DNA from: Parasitella parasitica NRRL 2501
Taxonomy: Eukaryota; Fungi; Mucoromycota
Length of the DNA: 62,200 nucleotides
Direction of reading: 5' to 3'
Assembly: GCA_025201805.1 (NCBI GenBank)
Contig: MU619341.1
Span: 52,566-114,765 of the forward strand
Each line of letters opens with the position of its first letter. Position 1 is the stretch's first letter. Below, in pieces: positions 48,956-61,600 of this stretch. The notes beneath the pieces were generated by a model that saw nothing but the letters and a program-made list of their open reading frames with translations, made no database searches and had not been told where the DNA came from. The position numbers and the translations under genes were made by a program.

Positions 48956-51900
48956 TCATGCATAATCTTCGTATTCTTCACTATCATCGTCTTCATTATT
49001 AGGGTATAAACAGTTAGCATCATCCTCAATACCCAGTTCATTGACCTTTTGGTATAGTGTGTATGCAATCAAGCCTTGTAGAGCACAGTATTTCAAAATT
49101 TCTTCAGGCAGCTTTTGTTTCTCCCAGCAGCTCCCACCAAACTTCTTTCCTATAGCTGTACTTTTGTCGTATCCTTCCTTGAGCTCAAAGTACATATCGG
49201 TGTCGGGCATGTCAGCCAAATACTTTTTAACAGCTCCAGCAAAGGTCAGAGGATGGTCTTCTATTACTTTCACCGCCAAGTCAGTTGTTGGCCCCAAAGA
49301 GAACCCTAAAATTTGCACAAGAGAGTCTTCGATAAATTCAGGGTACCAGCAAACACGTTTAATGGTCGGATCTGAAAGCAAACGGCCAAAGGCAGTAGAC
49401 TGAAATCTAGGCTTATTTAGGATCTCACAAGCTTTTTCCAGCACACAAGTGTACGATTCACCAGTGCTCAAGTAAAGCTGCAGAGCCTTGAGCGTAAATC
49501 TTGTAGTCTTGGACTCGACTATATGGAAGCAGATGGTAACAGAAAAGGGTTCGTCCGGGATGATAATCATGTCCAGATGCTCAAATTTTGTGAGTGTAAA
49601 CATGGCCAGCTCTTGATTCGATTTAAAGCTGTACGGAAACATATAATCCACAAATATCGGTAACTTCTCCAGTGCCTTCTGGCTTTTAGAAGTCTGGGTA
49701 TCTAGTAAACTCAACCTGAGCCCAACATTCGCAGCAACAATGTCCTTTTGAGAAGACCGTTTTCGATTGAAATAAGGATCATCGTCAACATCATTGTCAT
49801 TGTCATTGTCATCGTCATCGTCATCGTCATCGTCGTCATCATTATCTTCAGTATCACTATCGCCATCATCAGGATGCATTGTACGGGGCCCACTAAATTT
49901 TTTGCGAATGGGAATTTGGTTCATCATCATCTCCATTGTATCAGGTCTCTTGTCAAGACTTGCCCAGTTGTCAACACCGTTTTTAGGAGCATTTTGGCCA
50001 CCACCACCAGCGGTTGAGCTCACAACCGTATTGAATTTGATACTTTCCATCTTTGTAGTTTGCGGTGTAGTGCCTTGTGAATTTTGTTTTGCTAGTTCCC
50101 AATCTGTCATGTTACTGTCAATGCCCTGATCCCATTTATTACCCGCCGAACTTGCAAAAGATGTCCAAGAAGCCGTGCCAACCCCGTTCGTTGCATCTTG
50201 ACTCCAAGTGAATGCGCCATTTTGATCCCCCATCATCACGCGATTCTTGAAATCCGTAGCATACTTTTCTTTCTTAGGTTTGCTACCGAACCCGGCAGAG
50301 CCAGACGACGCGGTAGACTCTGCTACGGGGGGTGCTGATTGACTTTGTGGGGGAGGAGCACGAGCTATATTGTTGAACGTTTTGCGAGGTGAACGTTTTA
50401 CATTGTAGTTGCTACGAGGTGCAAATGTCACAGGCGCTGGTAAATGCTGTTGATCTGGATATTGTTGCTGCTGTTGCTGAGCAGATGGCGACGATTGCTG
50501 TTTATTTTGATGCATGGCATGAGATGGTCTGCTAAATCGATGTTGGAATTGTGGAGATGCAGCTGTTGGGGCTGGCATTGGCTGTCGTACGGGCACCGAG
50601 ACAGATAATGGAGTTGTTAGAGGATCAGCAGGAGTAACAGCAGCAACAGACGCAGGAGACGCAACTGCTGGTGGACCATAGTCAGAGCCATTCGCTTCAG
50701 CTTTAGACAAATTAGGGCTAGCAAATGCATTTTCACTCCCAAAGAACGGCTGAGAACTAGGGTCAAATTCACCCCAACTTCGATAATCAGCTTCAAGCAC
50801 AGGTGGATCCACTGGCGCATCTGTAAAACTTGGGTTTGACGAGTCTTGTTCATTATCATTATATTCTGCTACAGGATTGTCATCTTGCCAACCAGAAGCA
50901 GCACTAGCACCGTTGCTACTAGATTCTCCTCCATAAGCGTGGTATTCTGCCTTTGCAGATTCTTTAACAGAAAGTATGATTGCCTGCTGCAGTTCTTTTG
51001 TGAATCTCGGATCGTTATCATCGTAACCGTCATCAGTTTCTGGCTGTGGCGATACAGGAACATACTCTTCTTCTTTCTGACGTTGCTTATGATCATTACG
51101 GCGATATGTTGGAGAGGTTGACCTATAGTTGGCGTTCCAATGTGATCTGGAAGGAGCTTTTCCTGGATTTCCTCTAAACGGCGGGGTTGGTGATTTACCT
51201 GGAGACGGGGCAGGTGAGGAAATGCCAATGGCTCTTTGCTGATGTAGCCTATTAATAGACTTTTCCGATTGATTATTTGTGATGGTGTAGGGCCAGTAAA
51301 ACTTTTCTTTGTTGGTGTATTGCGCCGTATATTCGTGAAGAGCGTGCACACTCAGAACATCAAAAACAGAGTACACAAGCGCTTTGGGCGGCAGAGGGTT
51401 TTTTGTCCAGATACAATCATCATCCTTGTAGTAGAACCCTTCGCCATAATGCTTTGCTTTTCTGAATGCTTCAAGGCCCTCCCACTTGTCAGCGAATTTA
51501 ACCATGGCAGCCTCCAAATTTAGAGTTTCTACAGCGACAGGCAAAAATTTAGCTTGAAGATCCAAGACCGGAGCCTGAACAATATCTTTGAAGAATGATT
51601 CGATGGCCAATGCATCAGAACGGTAAGACCACCCAACAATGTTCATATGTTCATCCTCCAAAATAGGTTTCAACTTCTGCGATAGAGTATCTACGCCGAT
51701 AATATCAACCTGGATGGCAAACCCCTTTTTAGAAGACACACCAACTTGCAAAAGCTTGAGTTCAGGCAGTGTTTTCTTTGCCGACTGGAATTCACAGTCA
51801 ATCGCAATGTAGCTGGCTTGTTTAATTTCGCTAATGGCTTGATCGAGTTGCTCCTCCGTTGACACTGCAATACACGTAGCCATTTGGCCATTGCTTAGAG

Positions 51901-52240
51901 GCACTTGAATGTGACCTGCACTCACTGTAGTCCACTCAGGCTCAACATCATAGGCTGGAGAGCTGTACCAAGATCTTCTGCTTTGTTGCTGATAGTATTG
52001 TTGCTGTAGCTGCTTTGGCTGCTGTAGTTGCTGTAAATGTTCTGGCTGCTGTGATTGCTGCGGCTGTCTCACCTTATTGAAGTCGCTGCCGCCAGCTATC
52101 AAGTCGCGAAGAGACGCAATGGCCTTGTCTACACCCTGAACGTTCTTGCCTTCAAAAAGTAAAAGTACATCCAAGGTAGCTTCAGCTGTCTTTAGTGTAG
52201 CTTTCCAATAATCATTTACGGATATCTCTAATTGTGCCAT
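48956..52240 (-). CDS. Intronless ~1094-aa protein: DEDDy 3'-5' exonuclease domain, disordered linker, degenerate second exonuclease-like domain
   Basis: IAIDCEF (ExoI), YRSD (ExoII), LDLQ, W..NPLP..LVYSVFDV (ExoIII); the C-terminal region repeats the pattern without the acidic catalytic residues. Confidence 0.85.
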   Translation of the reverse strand: MAQLEISVNDYWKATLKTAEATLDVLLLFEGKNVQGVDKAIASLRDLIAGGSDFNKVRQPQQSQQPEHLQQLQQPKQLQQQYYQQQSRRSWYSSPAYDVEPEWTTVSAGHIQVPLSNGQMATCIAVSTEEQLDQAISEIKQASYIAIDCEFQSAKKTLPELKLLQVGVSSKKGFAIQVDIIGVDTLSQKLKPILEDEHMNIVGWSYRSDALAIESFFKDIVQAPVLDLQAKFLPVAVETLNLEAAMVKFADKWEGLEAFRKAKHYGEGFYYKDDDCIWTKNPLPPKALVYSVFDVLSVHALHEYTAQYTNKEKFYWPYTITNNQSEKSINRLHQQRAIGISSPAPSPGKSPTPPFRGNPGKAPSRSHWNANYRSTSPTYRRNDHKQRQKEEEYVPVSPQPETDDGYDDNDPRFTKELQQAIILSVKESAKAEYHAYGGESSSNGASAASGWQDDNPVAEYNDNEQDSSNPSFTDAPVDPPVLEADYRSWGEFDPSSQPFFGSENAFASPNLSKAEANGSDYGPPAVASPASVAAVTPADPLTTPLSVSVPVRQPMPAPTAASPQFQHRFSRPSHAMHQNKQQSSPSAQQQQQQYPDQQHLPAPVTFAPRSNYNVKRSPRKTFNNIARAPPPQSQSAPPVAESTASSGSAGFGSKPKKEKYATDFKNRVMMGDQNGAFTWSQDATNGVGTASWTSFASSAGNKWDQGIDSNMTDWELAKQNSQGTTPQTTKMESIKFNTVVSSTAGGGGQNAPKNGVDNWASLDKRPDTMEMMMNQIPIRKKFSGPRTMHPDDGDSDTEDNDDDDDDDDDDDNDNDNDVDDDPYFNRKRSSQKDIVAANVGLRLSLLDTQTSKSQKALEKLPIFVDYMFPYSFKSNQELAMFTLTKFEHLDMIIIPDEPFSVTICFHIVESKTTRFTLKALQLYLSTGESYTCVLEKACEILNKPRFQSTAFGRLLSDPTIKRVCWYPEFIEDSLVQILGFSLGPTTDLAVKVIEDHPLTFAGAVKKYLADMPDTDMYFELKEGYDKSTAIGKKFGGSCWEKQKLPEEILKYCALQGLIAYTLYQKVNELGIEDDANCLYPNNEDDDSEEYEDYA

Positions 52241-53438
52241 ATTATTCCCGTCGACGCATAACATAAACCATATGTTAATCAATTAAAAGAAGAAGAAGAG
52301 AGGGAGGAAATTGGGCGGCGCGTAATGTTGATTAAATTGACAGAAAATGTGAGAGCCCAACAAATTCTAATCAGCGAGAAAAATATAGAACTTTTGTATG
52401 CACACACACACACATACACAACAACAACATATTTGATATTTCACAAACAAATGCATTTAGATTCAGAGGAGTCTGATATATGTAAAGAGTATTCACTTTA
52501 ACAATCCCTAGTACGCATAGCCTCAGGCGGCGAAAAAAAAACAAAAAGCCTGGTATAGGTTAAAAAAAGCCTGTTCAACCTAGTTGCTTGATGTACTTTT
52601 GATACTTCTTTGTCTAGACTGATACCATAGCAATGATATATGATTATACTATCATGATTGTATACAAAAAAAGTTGTTTGATGGTTTTATTACATCTTAT
52701 TGCATCTTGCACATGTTTCAATAGGATCTATATGCACATTGGTTACGAGTATACGGGGATTACTGTTCAATTTGTCTGTTTATATATATATAAACTTGTT
52801 ATATGGTTCAATCGGTTTTAATTTAATTCCATTGTCTGCCTCTCGGGCATCGTAATTTACAAGCTTTCAAGAACCAATTATTCTGTTCTACAAAGAAATG
52901 AATGGTTTTGCTCAAATGCAAGTAGTCGATGTACGTATCAGGATGGTAAAAGCTGTATGAAGGGCGATAAAAACATTTGCATAAAACACTTTTGCAAGAT
53001 GTACACTTAAAACCTCAATATCATTATTACGTGTAACGAGGTATGCGTGATTCTATTCTCATTTACGGTTGTATAGCAATCGCTATGTTTCGTTTTTTTC
53101 TGCTCATAGGGGGAGACGTAATAAAGAAACCTTGTATTTAGATACACTTATTCAAAGATGTTTTATCATTTGACACTTTTTATAGAGGATTTAGCGCACT
53201 GCACTAAACATAAGCCTCAGTTGGATGACCAGACAAAAAAGGCAACCTCCACTATTTTCATTGACCAACAACTGTAAAAGGAACATGGCAAATCCGTGCC
53301 TATATATAAATATAAATATCCTCTTCTTGTTTCTTTTTTAGTTTTTTTCTTTTTTAGTTTTAAAAAAAAACTCCCTCATCTCCTCTTTTGTAATCTATCT
53401 TTGTCTGTTTCTCTAATAAATTAGAGATACATATAGCC

Positions 53439-54606
53439 ATGATGGCTCAATACCAAAATCAATGTAAAGATGAAAGATCAAGTACACCTACATCTATATC
53501 ATCTTTATTAAACGATAAATCGCAAAATGAGACTCATTTGCCTACACCAGATGAGCAAGACACCAAAACAGCAGCAGAGAAACCTTTTGTCTGCAAACAG
53601 TGTGATCAGTCTTTTAGCCGTTCCCACAACTTAAAATCACACTTAGCCACACATTCACCAGAAAAACCATTTCAGGTAAATTCAATTGATTACAATTACA
53701 AGTAACCATGCCAACTAAACAAACGAACAATTTAGTGTGACACTTGTAATCACCTCTTTCGACGCCAACATGATCTCAAGCGTCATCAAAAATTGCACAC
53801 AGGGGAAAGACCGTATGTTTGTGTTTCCTGTAGCCGTTCTTTTGCGAGGCTAGACGCTCTCAACAGACATCAAAGTGCCTATGGTGGTACGGCATGCAGC
53901 AGCAATCATCACAGGAACTCCATCACAAAAGTAGTGCCACTGCATCTAAAAACAGGAAATAGTAATACAACATCACCGCCACAACGCCCAGCTATTCCAC
54001 ACATCAATATCGATCGACTCTCTACACAACCTTCTTCCCCTCCCCTTCCACCACTGACATCTTCGCCGACTTCAATCGATGCACCGCCACAACAAAAAGC
54101 CCCACACCTGTCGCTACCGCCCTTGAGGTCAAATAGTTTATCGCCGGGCGGCACATCTCCTTCTCTAATTCAATTCAAGCTAACCGATACGACAATAGCA
54201 AGAATATCATCATTGCAACTACCATTTAGATCTTGGTCATATCCCACAAACTCCTCTATCTCATCGCTTCCTTCACCACACACACCACACACAACAAGAA
54301 TATTGCCTTCCATCAATGACCATACACTGCTACAACAGCAAATCAATCATTTAGAACACGAAAACACAGCATTAAAGCAAGAGTTGATTCAGGTTAGCTT
54401 AGATAAACAGCATATCCATGATCTGGAGGTCGAGGTAAACAAATTATGCATTGGCAAATTCACAGTGACTAAGCGCTGTATTATTTCATTAGAACAAATT
54501 GTTGAAATCGCTGATTTTGAATCAACCACAACTGCAAGACCGTAAAAGACTCAACGATGTGGATGGCAGTGATCTACTGAAAAAAGTAAAATACGAGCAA
54601 GATTAA
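53439..54606 (+). CDS. C2H2 zinc-finger transcription factor (3 fingers, C-terminal coiled coil), 3 exons
   Basis: CKQC..HLATH-SPEKPF-CDTC..HQKLH-TGERPY-CVSC; LEHENTALKQ..LEVENKLLKSL. Confidence 0.92.
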
Positions 54607-54749
54607 AAAAAAACAAAAAGCAGGCTATACAATACGGTATATGTATGTTACCTTGGCATGAGGGAAAAGGAGGACAAACAATTCTGACAATTTTATAAAT
54701 AGTAAATAAATCTCATTTAAAATACTACAAACATACCCTTTTTTTTTTA

Positions 54750-55538
54750 TTATATGGGATTGTATCCATCTGTGTCTGATGATTCAATGCTCATACAACC
54801 TCTCATTAGAAAATAACCACCTAAAGCAAACGACGCAAAGCTGCATCCAATCATGGGCATGCCAGGTCCTGTAGATGCTATTAAATGCGGATACGTCGCA
54901 TTTAACTGATCCACAGCACCTTGATACATGACACTTGACAAAACTGTCAGCAATAATGCTAAAATAGCTGATCCCCATGCTAGAAATCCTCTCGTATAGT
55001 ATTCGTCTTGGTATTTATGTGGAGACGCAACTCTATAAAAGCAGAACACTAAACATGTCGCTGAACATAGCAAGCAAAGCACTGCTGCTGGGAATATTTT
55101 GGGATCGTGCGAGGGATTAGGTGCTGCTCCAGGATTCAATGATTCGTCCTGTGGGATTTCGTCTTTAAATAGCCGAGAATAAGTATCGTTTAAATGATTA
55201 ACAATGGCATTGTCTATGTAAAGGGGAGTGTTAGTCGACATTTGATCCGCTTGCCTTCTTTGTTGTGTCTGATTACCGAAAGGCACAACCATAATACTTC
55301 TGTCGCTGTAGCAATCGAGCTGCACATCTTCGATACAGAATCCTTGCCAGCCGTAATACACAGAAACAGGATTTCCCCCAGTAGGTGCTACAGCATCTGT
55401 TACTTTTGCAAAGTAAAGGCCACGACCGCTTGGCTTCTGACATCCTACTAGACATAATATAGCAAGAACAAATCCTATAACGGCCAAACAAAGCCCTGTT
55501 CCATTAAATGGGCCTTGTCTAAAATGAAACCTCTTCAT
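54750..55538 (-). CDS. Sur7/PalI-family membrane protein (probable intron 55214-55276)
   Basis: N-terminal TM, YYGWQGFC..C claudin-like motif, three C-terminal TM helices. Confidence 0.7.
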   Translation of the reverse strand: MKRFHFRQGPFNGTGLCLAVIGFVLAILCLVGCQKPSGRGLYFAKVTDAVAPTGGNPVSVYYGWQGFCIEDVQLDCYSDRSIMVVPFGNQTQQRRQADQMSTNTPLYIDNAIVNHLNDTYSRLFKDEIPQDESLNPGAAPNPSHDPKIFPAAVLCLLCSATCLVFCFYRVASPHKYQDEYYTRGFLAWGSAILALLLTVLSSVMYQGAVDQLNATYPHLIASTGPGMPMIGCSFASFALGGYFLMRGCMSIESSDTDGYNPI

Positions 55539-55608
55539 TATTGTAAGTGAGAGAAAAAAAAGAGAGAGTAANNNNNNNNNNNAATCTAAATATATACAGT
55601 GTGCTTTA

Positions 55609-58600
55609 TTATTGATTCTTGGTCTTTTTGGCTTGAACGATAGTTGGAGGTGCAATCCAAGTGCGAGTAATCAGCTTTAAAACTTCATCTATAAGTATCA
55701 CTGGAAGAGAGATCCATAAAACTGCCATCCATTCATCAAAATTAAGTGGGATAATGACAAATAACTTTGTAAAGAATGGCACATACAAAATCATAAAATG
55801 CAGAATCATTGATAAGCCAATGGACAGTACGAGATAAGGATTTTTCCACAAGGGTAGCGTGAGCAAAGATTCATTCTCGCTCAGACTATTCATTGCGTTC
55901 AGCATTTCAACCACTACTAGGATTGATAAGCTCATGGTAGTAGCTTTCATGGAAAATGCGTTGGTAAACATCTCACATCCAATCTCAGGAAACAATTCGC
56001 TGCATTGATGGAAATGCGATAACTGGTAGTAAGAGATTTGAGGACCTCCAGCATAGTACATGAACCACCAAACATATCCAAAAACGGTAGCTATGCCCAC
56101 ATAAGTACCAACAAACATGTATCTAAAGAACAGCCATCCACCGACAAGAGGTTCCTTAGAGCTGCGAGGAGGCCGACGCATAATGTCGTGGTCAGGAGGG
56201 TTAAAACCAAGTGCAGTTGCAGGAAGACCATCCGTAACCAAGTTAACCCAGAGCAATTGAACAGGAATCAGAGCTTCAGGTAAGCCCAAGAGTACAGTTA
56301 AAAAGATAGAAACGACTTCACCGATGTTGGAAGAGATCAAATAGCGGATAAACTGCTTGGTGTTGTTGTAGATGCTGCGTCCTTCTTCAACAGCTTTTTC
56401 AATGGTAGCAAAATTGTCATCAGCCAAAACCATATCTGCAGCAAGCTTGGCAACGTCAGTGCCTGAACCCATAGCAATACCAATATCCGCTTTCTTTAAC
56501 GCAGGTGCGTCATTGACACCATCACCAGTCATGGCCACAATCTCTCCACTAGCCTTCAACAGATCCACCAATTGCTGCTTATGGGAGGGTTCTGTGCGAG
56601 AAAACAGACTAGCGCGCTTGATAGCCTCTACCTTGCCGCTCTCAGAGAGAGCATCGAACTCACGTCCAGTGTAACTCTTGTCAGTCAAATCCTCGTCAGT
56701 ATCAAAAACACCAATTTGTCTACATATAGCTTCGGCAGTATTCTTGTTATCACCAGTGATAACAATGACACGGATGCCGGCAGTTTTGCATTCAAGAATA
56801 GATTCAGCAACCTCAGGGCGAGGAGGGTCCATCATACCAACAAGACCGACAAAAGTCATGCTGCTCTCATATTCAGCAAATCTTGCTTGATCGCGCAAAT
56901 TGAACTGGCTGGGATCAATGTTTTCAATTTTGGCTAAACCGATACAGCGAAGAGACATGCCTTGACCATATTCAAGAACCTTGTTATTCAAACTGTCGCG
57001 GATGGCAGGAGTCATGGGTACTGGACCAGAAGATTCCGAAAGACGGACAAAAGAGCAGCGATCAATGATAGATTCAGGGGCGCCTTTCACGAGCAGCATG
57101 TTGTTGTTGACAATAACTGACATGGATTTACGGTCACGGGTAAATTCAAGAGTGGCAGTGCGCTTGGCCAAGTTGCTATAGTAATCGTTGCATGCGGTGG
57201 AACGATTTTCCTTGGAAAAAGTGCTTAATTGGCCATTGAATTGGTGATCGGTGGTGCCTAGCTTTTCAACAAGTACCTGAAGAGCAGCTTCAGTGGGTTC
57301 ACCAATAGCATTGTACGTGTCAGAAGAAGTATCATAAACAATACGAGCATCATTGCAAAGGGAACAAACAAGGGCAACATCATGCATGACAGAATTGCCA
57401 TTTGGTGTAACTATTTGTTTGTTTGACATGGCCTTGACATCGCCGACAGGTTCATAGCTAGTGCCTTCAATGGCAAGTTCGTCAATAGCACCAGATACAT
57501 TCGAGATCAGAGCAACTCTGGAGACACTCATCTGATTAGTAGTCAATGTGCCAGTTTTGTCAGAGCAGATAACACTAGTACAGCCAAGTGTTTCAACACT
57601 AGGCAAGCTCCGAACGATAGCACCGCGCTTGGCCATTTTTTTAGTACCCAAAGCAAGACACGCAGTAATAACAGCAGCCAGACCTTCCGGAATTGCAGCA
57701 ACGGCTAAAGCAACAGCAATCTTAAAGTAATAGACGGCTCCTCCTAACCAGCCTTTATGTGAAGGGTGATTAAAGTTGCGGACGTTGACAAGCCAAACCA
57801 AGATGCAAATCACCGTAATAACCTTTGCGAGCATGTCACCAAAGTCATCCAATTTGCGCTTGAGAGGGGTTTTTTCAGAGATTTGAGACGAGATGGATGT
57901 ATGAATATCTCCAATTGCCGTTGATACGCCTGTCTTTACAACAATAGCCCTTGCCTTACCAATAACACAGGTTGTGCCAGAAAACAGCAAGTTACACTGA
58001 TCTTGCTTTACAGCACCTTCGTCCTTGATGGCTTCGACTTGCTTCTCAACACTAACAGACTCGCCGGTCAATAGAGCCTGGTCTACACGGAAAACACTGG
58101 AATAAATAGCAAGCACACGAGCATCAGCAGGGATCTTATCGCCCACAGCCAAATCGATGATGTCGCCAGGCACTAATTCTTCAGCACGCAGCTTGCGCAC
58201 AACGCCATCACGCAGTACCTTTGCTTCGTCGGGTGAGTATTCACGCAGGGCATCGATTGCCTTTTCAGCGCTGGACTCTTGGAGCACGCCCACAGTGGCA
58301 TTGGCGATGAGAATAATCAGAATAACGGCAGGTTCAACAAACGCTGTGGTTGTATCTTGGTCTTCGAAAATAGCAAGAACGAATGACACAATAGCAGCGC
58401 CCAACAAAATCAATACGAGTTGATCTTGAAACTGTTCCAATATCAATTTATACAATGGAGTAGACTCTTCTTCAGGAAGTTCTACAGTGGTTTACAGACA
58501 CATATAATTAGCTCTACTGCAAACCCAACATTGTTTCGTCCGTTTTACCATTTTTACCAAACTTCTTCTGCTGTTCTTTGACTTGATTGATGTTCAAGCC

Positions 58601-58666
58601 TAGAGAGTTGTCGACATTGAAGAATCGACAAACTTCTTCAGGCGTTCTGACAAACGAGTCGTCCAT
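55609..58666 (-). CDS. SERCA-type P2A Ca2+-ATPase (intron ~58483-58548)
   Basis: [64 protein letters not shown]. Confidence 0.97.
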
Positions 58667-61600
58667 TTGTTGTTCTTTTTTTTTTTTTTCTTTCTTTTTG
58701 TATAAAAGAAAGAAAGAAAGAGATGGAAACTACTAGCCTATGATTATATTATTAATCAAGTAGCTCCCTTCAAATTTTAATACTAGCAATTATATGGCAA
58801 AACGTTTGCATCTCCGAGCGAGAATGGGGGAGCAAGGGAAACCTCCCCACAAATCGAAACGAGACAACACATTCCAATACGTAAATCCACACACCTCTCC
58901 AGGACTCTATTTCATTGGCCGTTAAATATTCATTGCGTGACAACATGTACAACTAAGCAGCACCTATTCTTGCGCACTGATATATTCGGTGCGGTATCAT
59001 TTTCTAACGAGAATAGCATACATCAGTGCGCAACTCAAACTTGTCAAATGAGCGCCTCAAATTGTATCAATACTGAATTGTTCTCGTATTATTGTTCTTT
59101 TTATACCGAGTCAAAGTGTGCTTTTGGACATGTAATAGATATCAATGAAGCCACCTTAAACACCGGATATCAATGCAACGACACTCAACGCTTCGAGATC
59201 TCCGTTTTACAATAAAAGAAAGTAATTGTTGTGCTGCATGTATCATTATCAAGCAAAATTCACGCTGCATATAATGCTTGAATTGAGTGTAGTCTCTAGC
59301 ATGGCAGATGTCAATTCCTGTTATTTGAATATAGCTTTGGGGGCACGCTTCAGTTTGGCATAAATCAATACCTGCAAATTGAGGATGTGAATAAATACGA
59401 GAGCAGCATATCCACATTTGCTTAAATAGCATTGTATTTAACTATATTTTTATTACCTGCACTCACATCTCATAGATGTACGGCCTATTTTTGCCTTATA
59501 AATCTATGTTTCTTTCACGACCCTTTCATTTTCTTATGAAACTGCTCTAAAGTTTTGTAGGATGTTTTGAGGAAGCGCAAATCTTTCTATAAAATGTATC
59601 ACACAATCAAGATCAATATCTAGTATATGATTACATTAAAAACTCCCCACTCTAATCACACTACTTTTCTCAACTTCATATTTATTTTATCAACATCACC
59701 AACAATTATTTGGTCTGAAATTATTACAATTCTATTATTAAGCTATTTAAATTAACAAACAATAAAGTTGGCTCTTTTATATAACTAGAAAAACACAATC
59801 TAATTTATACTTCAAAAGTACTACTTCAAATTAATAACTAAAAATTTTCCTCAGGCCTTGTTTGCAATTTATAATTCTTGTAAGAAATCCTTCTAATGAA
59901 AGACCTAGATACTGCCATTATAAGAAATAATGATTGATTGCTTCTCTTCACTCTAACATTTAAAGGCTACTCTCATTGTTTTTATCAATAAAATCTTAAA
60001 AAGGTGCTTTTGATTAACAACGTGGAAACCACATCTATAAAATTGAATTGAAACGTTATATAGATTCTTAAAAAAAAAATAAACTTAATAAGGTGTAGGT
60101 TTTATTATCGAATCGACAGGTGTATAACGCTCTCGTTCATCTATTGTCCGTGTAGAGGGACCTTTATATACGCTAGCTATGGATAACTCTAGTAATTATC
60201 ATCGTTGATTTCGTGCTAAATGACATCTCAGCAGACTAAAAAATAATTATATATTTGAGTGTAAATCATTGAGCGAGTGTTCATCTTAAGCGTGTATCTG
60301 GATAAGGGGCATGTCCATATTGTGCATATTGTACAAGTCTGTAAGTAGCATCATAAATATAAGTATATCTCTTTCTATACTGATGTATACGCACTGCTAC
60401 ATCATTATTATATCAATTCCTACAAGTATTACGCTTCCTGGTTTACTGCGAAAATATTATATGATTGTATCAAGTACGAATCAGTTTAAGACCTCAACTG
60501 TCAATGGATATCGTAATATCTCGATTGCCATGACATCAACCAAATATGCCGACTTACTCAAATGTCAAACTGTAAACAAACTATTTGATATGTTACATCA
60601 GCTCATATTCTCGGATCAATTTCAACAATGGAACACATCAAACCAATTGACAGTGCTAACACGGTGTATTTTCTATTCGCTCATCAACAGTGAAAGCATT
60701 CTATCACATTGATCTATTAGTTATTACAGTTACCATCTCAGTTGTAGTAAATAATTGAAGATATAAATACCCTGTATTTATATCATAATAAACGAGATAC
60801 TTCTTTTATTGTTCGGATACAGTTGAAAGCTGTGAATTACTACAAGTCTCTTTTATTGTATTGAAATGTTTGAAATATATATCAAGTAGTGCGTATTTGG
60901 AAACCTAAAGTACATATCCGAAACGTAAATTTTGTATCAAATAAGTTCGTAGCACATACTACTGAGTCTTGAAAATGTCTATGGCTCATCTCGAAATACG
61001 ACTATACATTTATAACGTCATCCATCCTCAAGGCGCCAACTCTAGCCTACTTGCACCTAAAATAATATAAACCAACTGTGCACATCTGTTATTGGTCTAT
61101 AGCAGTTTAAGATAATTGGACGAATCTAGAGGAAGAATAAAGAACATTAAATAGTGAATGTATTTCATGCTTTGATTGTATTACTCGCTCAGTGTTTGAT
61201 TTATCAGAATGAGAAATTATTTAAATAAAACAGTTGTGAGTTAATCAGGTAAAGATCTCGTTTATTACATGGAAAAACGATGGTTTATATACTAGTGTAT
61301 AGAATCTAAGTGGACTAATGGGTGGATAAGATACAAGTGTGAGTCATGGTGTGATTTAGAGAATGGAACGATAGATCGTATCTATTGTCCATGAACATGT
61401 CATGTTGAGTTATAAATAAGGAACATGATCCATTGGGATATGTTCCTGAATTGTGTTCAGGATTGAGTTTACTTGAGTTTGACTTCCGGTTGGGAAATTG
61501 ACACATCAATGTTCATTGCGTATGTTCAAATAAAGTGGCAAGATGATTATGTATTTTTTAATTCTGTTTATTTTTTATTTTTTTTTATTTTTGTTTTTGT

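Noticed and set aside
52240-52282. ORF-track TTG start for the exonuclease gene (and other GTG/TTG starts)
   Set aside because: Eukaryotic sequence; the first in-frame ATG or a spliced upstream exon is the more plausible start
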